From IMG/VR virus record IMGVR_UViG_3300020369_000001, positions 1 to 64,000 of that record: 64,000 nucleotides of DNA; one strand, written 5' to 3'. The notes beneath the pieces were generated by a model. The model did no database searches, was not told the DNA's origin, and was given only the letters and a program-made list of their open reading frames with translations. The translations under genes were made by a program, and so were the position numbers. Source of the stretch: a virus. Its lineage: Duplodnaviria > Caudoviricetes. Below are positions 57,193-64,000 of the stretch, piece after piece (within the stretch, counting starts at the first letter, position 1; every line of letters starts with the position of its first letter).

Positions 57193-58621
57193 AGATCAAG
57201 ACATTGTTATAAGGCCCCATAAAGGGCCTCAGGAAACCTTCCTCAGCAGTAGGGCAGATGTGGTATGTTTCGGTGGCAGCGCTGGCGGCGGGAAGAGTTG
57301 GGCGTTGCTTATGGAGCCTCTCAGGTACATCGGAGTAAGTGATTATTATTGCTTGATATTCAGAAGACATCAGACGGAAATCACCCTTCCTGGTGGTTTG
57401 GCAGATGAATCTAAGAAACTTTACCCACTTCTTGGTGGAGAATACTATTCAGCTACTAAAACGTGGGTATTTCCTAGTGGAGCTAAAGTTGTTTTCCGTG
57501 GCCTAGAGCTGATGGACGATATGTATCAATTTAAAGGGGTACAGGTAAACGAAGTGCTGTGGGATGAGTTGACCACGTTTCACGAGGAGCAATTTTGGTA
57601 CTTATTTTCGCGTATCCGTTCAACCAACAATATCAGAGGTCGGGTGAGGGCATCAACAAACCCAGAGTCCGAAGGTTGGGTCAAAGACTTAATTAAGGAA
57701 TTTTGGCTCGATGACGACGGTTACGCTATCCCTGAGATGTCAGGTAAGATTAAGTGGTTTATTCGTGTTGGTGGCGATATGCACTGGTATGATACTCGTG
57801 AAGAGGCTATCACACAAGGCGCTATTGATCACAATATTAACGAAGAAGACATTCTGCCTACTAGCTTTACATTCATCCGAAGCTCTCTTGATCAGAACCC
57901 CTCTCTAGGTGTTGATTACAAATCTAAACTTATGGCAATGCCTGAGAAAGATCGTTTAGAGCTTATGGATGGTTGCTGGAACTTTGATGCTTCTAGGGGC
58001 ATCTACTTTAAGCGTGATTGGGTAGATGTTATTGAGCCTACTCAAACTCCTCTGATTAAGTTTAAAAAGATAATCATTAGCGTCGATTTAGCGGCCAGCC
58101 CGCCGAGTCAGACAAATAGGAATCCTGACTGGTCAGTTTTTCTAAAAATGGGAATGGATGACCAAGGTTACATATATATCTTAGACATGATTCGTATGAG
58201 GGATACCATAGGTAATGTTAAAAAAGAAATGCTAAGGTACGCTCAGAAGAATGGAACAAGTATTCCTTGGACAATCCCAATGGATCCAGGTGGTCACGGA
58301 AAACATGCCTTCCAAGACCATGTTAAAAACTTATCGGGGTTTGTTGTTAAAAAGGCTAAAACTGAGAAGTCTAAACTTGAAAGGTTCCTTCCTTTTGCCT
58401 CAATGGCCGAACACGGTCTTGTTAAAGTTGTTCGCGCTGATTGGAACACTGCATTTTTCCAAGAACTTGAAGGTTTTATTGGAGATGGGAAACGAAAAGA
58501 TGATATTGTCGATACAGTGTCTGATGGTCATAAGGAACTTGTGGGCGGTCATACTGTACCAACATCCTTCACACTAAACATGAACGCAATGTCTTCAGGA
58601 AATGTCTGGGACATTAACTAA
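57176..58621 (+). CDS. terL: Terminase large subunit
   Basis: Walker A GGSAGGGKS, Walker B WDELT, ASTNP, SVDLA..D nuclease motif and KDDIVDTVS. Confidence 0.95.
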   Translation: MSMNTKDQDIVIRPHKGPQETFLSSRADVVCFGGSAGGGKSWALLMEPLRYIGVSDYYCLIFRRHQTEITLPGGLADESKKLYPLLGGEYYSATKTWVFPSGAKVVFRGLELMDDMYQFKGVQVNEVLWDELTTFHEEQFWYLFSRIRSTNNIRGRVRASTNPESEGWVKDLIKEFWLDDDGYAIPEMSGKIKWFIRVGGDMHWYDTREEAITQGAIDHNINEEDILPTSFTFIRSSLDQNPSLGVDYKSKLMAMPEKDRLELMDGCWNFDASRGIYFKRDWVDVIEPTQTPLIKFKKIIISVDLAASPPSQTNRNPDWSVFLKMGMDDQGYIYILDMIRMRDTIGNVKKEMLRYAQKNGTSIPWTIPMDPGGHGKHAFQDHVKNLSGFVVKKAKTEKSKLERFLPFASMAEHGLVKVVRADWNTAFFQELEGFIGDGKRKDDIVDTVSDGHKELVGGHTVPTSFTLNMNAMSSGNVWDIN

Positions 58622-58753
58622 CATTCTTCAACATAAATTATTTTCACTTTAACTGTTGCCTTTATGAAATTCTTTCAATACACTTGAAATCAATCGAAAG
58701 AACATTATTAAAGGCAACTTATTCACACAAACATTTAAACGGGTGCTTAATAT

Positions 58754-60172
58754 ATGGCTGAACAAGAAGTTAAAAAGCAAAAAAGCCCGTATTCTTTAGT
58801 AGAACTTGGTGGAACAGGTCTTAAACATTCTGCTGGTAGTATTGATGAAGAACAAATTATCAATGACCTTAAATGGCCTCGCTGTATTAAGGTTTACCAA
58901 GAAATGGAAACAGACCCTTTGATTGCTGGTGCATTATTTGCTATCCGACAATTTATACGATCTTCCAAGTGGAATGTAGAAGAATACCAAGGCACTGATA
59001 AACCTGCGTCAGCAGGTGAAGATGCCAAGTTTGTTGAAAGTTGTCTTAACGACCTTGACAAACCTTGGTCAGAAGTTTTAACAGACATCTTGTCATTCCT
59101 TACATACGGTTTCAGTATCCATGAAATTGTTTATAAGAAGCGTCAAGGGCGTTCACAAGATGAGCGTTATAATTCTAAATACAAAGATGGTAAGATTGGT
59201 TGGAGAGGTTTTCCAATCCGTTCACAAGACACTATCGAAGATTGGAAAATCACACCGAGAGGTGGTTTAGAAGCTGTCCGACAGTGGGATTCTTACAATG
59301 GTATTGATGTGTGGATTCCTAAGCATCGTTTCTTACTATTCCGTACAACTGCTTATAAAGATAACCCAAGAGGTCTTTCAATACTGCGAAGCGCTTATCG
59401 TGGATATTACTTTCGCAAGAACATTGAAACGTTTGAAGGGATTGGTATTGAACGTGATCTAAGTGGTGTACCTGTCCTACGTGTCCCTTCAGATATTCTT
59501 TCTGAAGATGCTGATAATAATCAAAGAGCCATTCGATCTTATCTTGAACGTATGGGTGCTTCTTTAAAGCGTAATGAACAAGCGTTTATCATGTTGCCTT
59601 CTGAGGTATACGGTGAGACAGGTAATGGTGATAAGATTTATGACTTTGAACTTGTAAGTTCTTCTGGTGCTAGACAAGTAGATACGAACGGAGCTATAGA
59701 ACGTTGGGATAGAAGGATTCTACAAAGTATCTGTTCAGACGTGCTACTTGTTGGCGGAGCCAGTGTAGGGAGTTATTCACTAGCCTCTACAAAAGCTGGA
59801 ATGTTCCAAACGGCAATTATTAGTTACTTGGATACTATTAAAGATCAGATGAATGAGAAAGCTATCCCAATGCTTATGGAAGCAAATGGGAAAGACGGTT
59901 CTCGTTGTCCGAAGCTTGTTCACAATGGTATTGAGAAAGCTAACTTGAAAGAGATGGCTGAGTTTGTCAAGTTCACTACTGAAGCGGGTGCATTGACACC
60001 TGATGCTGGTATTGAATCAGAACTCCGTGATATGGCAGGTTTCCCTCAGTATAACGATGTTTCTCATGAAGGTCTTATGGATCGTGCTAAGAAACGTCAA
60101 AGTATGTTCCAAGATGTGGGAATGGGCGAAGGGAATGGAGAGCAACCTCCTGAACCACCTACTTTCTCATAA
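58754..60172 (+). CDS. Portal protein
   Basis: Follows TerL; LSFLTYGFSIHEIVYK, NPRGLSILR and GSYSLA motifs. Confidence 0.88.
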   Translation: MAEQEVKKQKSPYSLVELGGTGLKHSAGSIDEEQIINDLKWPRCIKVYQEMETDPLIAGALFAIRQFIRSSKWNVEEYQGTDKPASAGEDAKFVESCLNDLDKPWSEVLTDILSFLTYGFSIHEIVYKKRQGRSQDERYNSKYKDGKIGWRGFPIRSQDTIEDWKITPRGGLEAVRQWDSYNGIDVWIPKHRFLLFRTTAYKDNPRGLSILRSAYRGYYFRKNIETFEGIGIERDLSGVPVLRVPSDILSEDADNNQRAIRSYLERMGASLKRNEQAFIMLPSEVYGETGNGDKIYDFELVSSSGARQVDTNGAIERWDRRILQSICSDVLLVGGASVGSYSLASTKAGMFQTAIISYLDTIKDQMNEKAIPMLMEANGKDGSRCPKLVHNGIEKANLKEMAEFVKFTTEAGALTPDAGIESELRDMAGFPQYNDVSHEGLMDRAKKRQSMFQDVGMGEGNGEQPPEPPTFS

Positions 60173-61002
60173 TGGCAGAACGTTCACCATTCCCTGAAGA
60201 AGATGCTTTAGAAGATGAAGTACGCGAAGAGCTTTTGCTGTTGCTGGCATTAGCTTTTTTAAATGCTTCACAGAAGATTGTTACTCAGTCTTTTGTCAGA
60301 TCAGACTTCCAAGCACTTCAAGATAGGTTCAGAAGTGAGGCTGCTAAAGCTTTACCACAACTTACCAGCATATCCCAACGAGCTGCTGAATTAGCTTTCC
60401 AACGTACACCTCTGTCTGCTGATACATTTGATACAGACTTCTCAGACCAGCGTTACCAACAACTGGTAAGTAACATCTTCAATGACAATATGCAGTATCT
60501 TTTAGACACTAATGAACAAGCCTTCATACGACTTCAAGAGATTGCAGTATCAAGAGGGTGGTCTGACGAAAGGTTTAATGAGTACCTTAGGAAGTTTTAT
60601 GGTTTAACACCGCAGTACATTCAAACAGTCCTATCTCTCGAAGATGCTTTAAGGGTTGAAGGTACTGCGCAGAATAAGTTGAACAAGCGTGTACAAGATC
60701 GTATTGACCATCTTATTGAGGTTCGTATCTCTTTAGCTTCTGAGTTGATTGGTACAGAGGTTGTTGAGGGTTCTAAGGAACTTACTTGGACAATCCTTGG
60801 TGAAACTGGTCAGTTGGATACTCAGGAGTTTATTAAACAGTGGGTTTCAACAATTGATTCGGTAACAACCCAAACGTGTTTAGACTCCCATTTAACAACT
60901 GCTGAAATTGGTGGATTCTTCTCGAACGGTATGCGAAGTCCTCCAAACCTCAATGTTGTCCACAGGTGTCGTTCTTCAATGCGTATCATTAGACGTATTT
61001 AA
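60172..61002 (+). CDS. Head morphogenesis / minor head protein (MuF/SPP1 gp7-like)
   Basis: C-terminal KQW....D..T..C......PP..HRCRS motif. Confidence 0.75.
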   Translation: MAERSPFPEEDALEDEVREELLLLLALAFLNASQKIVTQSFVRSDFQALQDRFRSEAAKALPQLTSISQRAAELAFQRTPLSADTFDTDFSDQRYQQLVSNIFNDNMQYLLDTNEQAFIRLQEIAVSRGWSDERFNEYLRKFYGLTPQYIQTVLSLEDALRVEGTAQNKLNKRVQDRIDHLIEVRISLASELIGTEVVEGSKELTWTILGETGQLDTQEFIKQWVSTIDSVTTQTCLDSHLTTAEIGGFFSNGMRSPPNLNVVHRCRSSMRIIRRI

Positions 61003-61004
61003 AA

Positions 61005-61081
61005 GTTTGAACCGAAAAGGGTAGCTCCCCTGTCTGTACCGTTCTACAGGCTAGGTTCATTTATTCAAACCTGAACGGAGG
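61005..61081 (+). promoter_or_regulatory. Structured leader of the LAGLIDADG gene
   Basis: TGAACC/GGTTCA helix enclosing GGG-TAGCT-CCC and CCTGT/ACAGG; loop CCGTTC is complementary to GAACGG overlapping the SD. Confidence 0.5.
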
Positions 61082-61085
61082 TAGT

Positions 61086-61850
61086 ATGGAACTTATAAAA
61101 CCGAGTCCGAACTCTAAATATTTCATTAGAGAAGACCTTTTTAAAGGATTAACACCCGAGGACTCCTATTGGCTAGGCGTTATTATGGCGGATGGGTGTA
61201 TAAGGGTTGATGGTAACACGAAGAAAACTGGTTTTAATTATAAATCTTATAAAATTACTCTTGCGTGGCAATCGAAGGACTTGCATCATTTGAAAAAGTT
61301 CCGCGATTATCTTGGAGATTCTAATCGGTCAATCGTAGCTAACCACTCTCATAACAGCCAGTGTTATCAAGTTAATGTACAAGGAACTTGGTTAAGGGAG
61401 AGGGTGAAAAGGTACGGAATAATCCCAAGGAAAACTTCAGAGTTTTGTGAAGATTATACCCCACCGATTTATGTAAATGACTTTATTGCAGGTTGGTTTG
61501 ACGGAGATGGTTACATAAATGTCGGTAAAGAAGACCAAGCGTTCTCTGGATGTGCTTTAAATGTAACTGGTGAACATAAATCTTTGGAGTGGTTGAAAGA
61601 CCTCATAATTCAGTGCGGGTATTGCGGGACTATCAGAGTCAAACCAATAAAAGACAAGAATGCAAGTCGACTCCACATAAATGGGAGGGTTCAGTGTCAG
61701 CAGTTCTACAGACTGTTTTATAATAGTCAACTATGCCTTCCTCGAAAATGGGAGAAATTTAAGAAGATCGATTATGACACTGTGAGGTCACTCAGTAGAA
61801 ACCGGAGGAATGGTGATGTCCAATCTAAAAGTATACGGAGAAGTCTATGA
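61086..61850 (+). CDS. Free-standing two-motif LAGLIDADG homing endonuclease
   Basis: YWLGVIMADGCI and FIAGWFDGDGYI. Confidence 0.9.
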   Translation: MELIKPSPNSKYFIREDLFKGLTPEDSYWLGVIMADGCIRVDGNTKKTGFNYKSYKITLAWQSKDLHHLKKFRDYLGDSNRSIVANHSHNSQCYQVNVQGTWLRERVKRYGIIPRKTSEFCEDYTPPIYVNDFIAGWFDGDGYINVGKEDQAFSGCALNVTGEHKSLEWLKDLIIQCGYCGTIRVKPIKDKNASRLHINGRVQCQQFYRLFYNSQLCLPRKWEKFKKIDYDTVRSLSRNRRNGDVQSKSIRRSL

Positions 61851-62332
61851 GTACAACTGAAAAAGACGAATCCGCTAATAAACTTATCAATATGTTTAGC
61901 GAATTTGTTACGAAGCACTTTGCAGGTTCTTCTCAAGAAGATACAAGTAAAGATGAATACAACTATGAAGGTATTGCTAAGAGTGTAGATATTGACAAAC
62001 AAATCTTCACAGCGGTTGTGTTACGACCAAATGTTGTAGATGCCCACGGTGATATTTATAAAGCTGAAGTTGTAGAAGAAGCTTGCCATGAATATAACAC
62101 TATTTGTCGCAAAGCTTATCTACAACATCTTGTCAAAACAGACCTTGCAGAACCCGTTGAGTCTTATATCGCACCTGCTGATTTCACTTTAGGTAATGGT
62201 GAGGTTAAGAAAGGTGACTGGGTAATGTCCATGAAGATCAAAGATGACGAGCTATGGAAAAGTTGTAAAGACGGTGTTTTCACTGCATTTTCCGTAGGAT
62301 GTAAAGGCCAAGTGGAGATGTTAGATGACTAA
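61847..62332 (+). CDS. Prohead protease, XkdF-like
   Basis: VVLRPNVVDAHGD, LQH, VESYIAP, W.MSMKI.D..LW...KDG.FTAFSVG. Confidence 0.82.
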   Translation: MSTTEKDESANKLINMFSEFVTKHFAGSSQEDTSKDEYNYEGIAKSVDIDKQIFTAVVLRPNVVDAHGDIYKAEVVEEACHEYNTICRKAYLQHLVKTDLAEPVESYIAPADFTLGNGEVKKGDWVMSMKIKDDELWKSCKDGVFTAFSVGCKGQVEMLDD

Positions 62333-63275
62333 AAAAGCTAAACGCGAAGTTAAAAAGTTCATTTTTTCAGGGGAGGATGCTCATGTAAGTTTAGTAGACG
62401 CTGGGGCCAACGAACAAGAAGTCCTTGTGATGAAGTCTGCAAAAGCCTCTGAAGAAGAAATCAGCAAAGCTGTTGAAGTTAATATCAAGATGCCGTTACT
62501 ACATTACTTCACACGGTTCTTGGATATTGATATTGACGGTGCTGAGAAAATTGCAGGTCTGATGGGTTATAAATTCGAAGACTTGTATGAAGAAGATGGG
62601 ATGAATGGCTTCCAAGAAATGGTAGAGAATAATCTACAAGCCTTGACAATCTCAAAATCCAAAGAGTCTGAGGACTTCTTAAAAGCCTATCAGGACTTTA
62701 AAAATAAATACCTTACCAAAGCAACCCAAGCAAATGAGGAAAACACTATGACAACCGAAGCTGCACAAAACACCCAAGACCTACAGACTGAACTTGAAAA
62801 GGCTAAAGCACAAGTTGCTGATCTTCAGAAGGCTAAAGAAGACCTTGAAAAAGCTAAAGAAGAAAAAGCAAATCTTGAAAAGGCTTTCTCAGAAGTTAAT
62901 GACACTGTTAAAGTTCTGAAAGCCGCTGAAGAGAAGCGTAAAGAAGCTGAGTATCTTGAGAAAGCTAAAGAACACACCGCTGTAGTTAATGATGAACTAC
63001 CTGCTGAAGACTTCGCAAAAGCCCTACGTGCTGTAGAAAATGTCGAAGGTGCTGACGTTATTGTTAAAGCTCTTGATGCGTATAAGCAGCTTGCTTCTAG
63101 TCAAGGCATGTTCGAAGAGATTGGTAAGTCTAAGACTGACGATCAACCCTCTGGCTCTGCTCTTGATGTTGCTATCGAGAAAGCTCAACAAGAACATTCT
63201 GTTGGCTATCTTGAAGCAATGGATATTGTTAAGAAGAAGCAACCTGAACTGTTTGCTGAAGAATACAAGATTTAA
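62325..63275 (+). CDS. Scaffolding protein
   Basis: HVSLVDAGAN N-terminus, long EKA-rich coiled coil and FEEIGKS end. Confidence 0.72.
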   Translation: MTKKAKREVKKFIFSGEDAHVSLVDAGANEQEVLVMKSAKASEEEISKAVEVNIKMPLLHYFTRFLDIDIDGAEKIAGLMGYKFEDLYEEDGMNGFQEMVENNLQALTISKSKESEDFLKAYQDFKNKYLTKATQANEENTMTTEAAQNTQDLQTELEKAKAQVADLQKAKEDLEKAKEEKANLEKAFSEVNDTVKVLKAAEEKRKEAEYLEKAKEHTAVVNDELPAEDFAKALRAVENVEGADVIVKALDAYKQLASSQGMFEEIGKSKTDDQPSGSALDVAIEKAQQEHSVGYLEAMDIVKKKQPELFAEEYKI

Positions 63276-63322
63276 TCTTAACTTCGAGTAAACAAACTTT
63301 ATTATTTTTGGAGGATTTATAG

Positions 63323-63703
63323 ATGGCTTATAACACAATTTCACAGATGGACTTCGGTCAAGCGATTGCATCTGAAGACCTAACTGGCAAGCTTTACTTT
63401 CTAGGTGCTCAAGTTGGTGAAACAGTAGGTGTTAATACAACTGCTGGTGGTGCTGCAAACGTAGTTATCCATACCGATTCACCTTCTGGTATTGCTGTAC
63501 GCACTGTCTTTAAAGGTATTACCAAGGCTGTAGCAGGTGCAGCTATCGCGGCTGATGCTGATCTTGCATCTGATGCTGCTGGTAAAGTTGTTACGGCTGC
63601 TACTGGTGATGTCGTAGTTGGTAAGGCTATTACGGCTGCTGGTGAAGAGAACGAAGTTATCACTATCAATTTCTTTGGTGATGGTCGTCGTACCGCTGCT
63701 TAA
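63323..63703 (+). CDS. Capsid decoration/cement protein (DUF2190-like)
   Basis: Ala/Gly-rich AGAAIAADADLASDAAGKVV..A..GD.VVGKA; lies between scaffold and MCP. Confidence 0.75.
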   Translation: MAYNTISQMDFGQAIASEDLTGKLYFLGAQVGETVGVNTTAGGAANVVIHTDSPSGIAVRTVFKGITKAVAGAAIAADADLASDAAGKVVTAATGDVVVGKAITAAGEENEVITINFFGDGRRTAA

Positions 63704-63754
63704 TAGCTTTTAAGTTTAATCACATATAAAATTTTAATATCTAGGAGATAGATT

Positions 63755-64000
63755 ATGCCGTTTCAACCTACTCAGTATCAAATTCTTGACGCGGATCAGC
63801 GTCTAACGAATATCTCTATTGCGCAGATGAATGACCCTTCAGTATTCGTTGCGCAGCAAGTATTCCCGACTGTACCTGTTAATCTGCAAGCTGGTAAGTA
63901 CGTTACTTATAACAGCGGCGATTTCAACAAGACTGAAATGCGCGCTACTGCTGATGGCGCACCTGCACCGCTCGCCGGTTGGGGTCGTGGGGAAGACAAT
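63755..64000 (+). CDS. Major capsid protein, 5' part
   Basis: RBS AGGAG; MPFQPTQYQILDADQRLTNISIAQMND..FVAQQVFPTVPV is a typical HK97-fold MCP start. Confidence 0.8.
   Translation, partial: MPFQPTQYQILDADQRLTNISIAQMNDPSVFVAQQVFPTVPVNLQAGKYVTYNSGDFNKTEMRATADGAPAPLAGWGRGEDN

Noticed and set aside
61003-61850. Possibility that the LAGLIDADG ORF lies in an intron or intein splitting the MuF or protease gene
   Set aside because: MuF ends with its complete HxxCR motif, the protease has its own start, and there are no group I P7/R/S elements or intein splice residues around the ORF.
1-64000. CRISPR array, integrase/att system, or reverse transcriptase
   Set aside because: No regularly spaced repeats, no tyrosine/serine recombinase motifs, and no YxDD-type RT ORF in the track or seen by eye.
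1-64000. Stop-codon reassignment (alternative genetic code)
   Set aside because: Core genes are full-length under code 11, and TAG and TGA both serve as genuine stops.

Overview
This window is most of the genome of an AT-rich, apparently lytic dsDNA tailed phage with a contractile-tail (baseplate J) morphology. It uses the standard genetic code, and I see no integrase or repressor. The window starts inside the tape-measure gene and ends inside the major capsid gene, so if it is one circularly permuted genome the unseen part is probably mostly the capsid-neck-sheath-tube block. Layout: + tail/baseplate/receptor-binding/lysis genes (1-16.3 kb); - nucleotide metabolism and replication genes (16.4-33.5 kb: glutaredoxin, NrdAB, RuvC, exonuclease, SSB, family B polymerase, T7 gp4-like primase-helicase, PhoH, DenV); + early/accessory genes (33.7-42.6 kb); a ~1 kb non-coding convergence zone; - helicase/ThyX/accessory genes (43.6-53.2 kb); + tRNAs, terminase, portal and head genes (53.5-64 kb). 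Highlights: (1) the tail-fibre gene ends in a textbook diversity-generating-retroelement (DGR) variable region, but no template repeat, Avd or reverse transcriptase is visible in the window, suggesting an orphan or trans-diversified target; (2) a D-armless, topologically rearranged tRNA-Arg(UCU)-like RNA; (3) a group IA2 intron in the tape-measure gene; (4) a tailspike cassette that appears captured from an N4-like phage, with a portal-gene stub left as a scar; (5) an ATP-cone fused to NrdB, plus a Gln-terminated intein in NrdA; (6) twin ~100 bp control elements at both divergent transcription switches, and a probable terminal-repeat early block. All family assignments come from motif recognition and memory; no database search was run.
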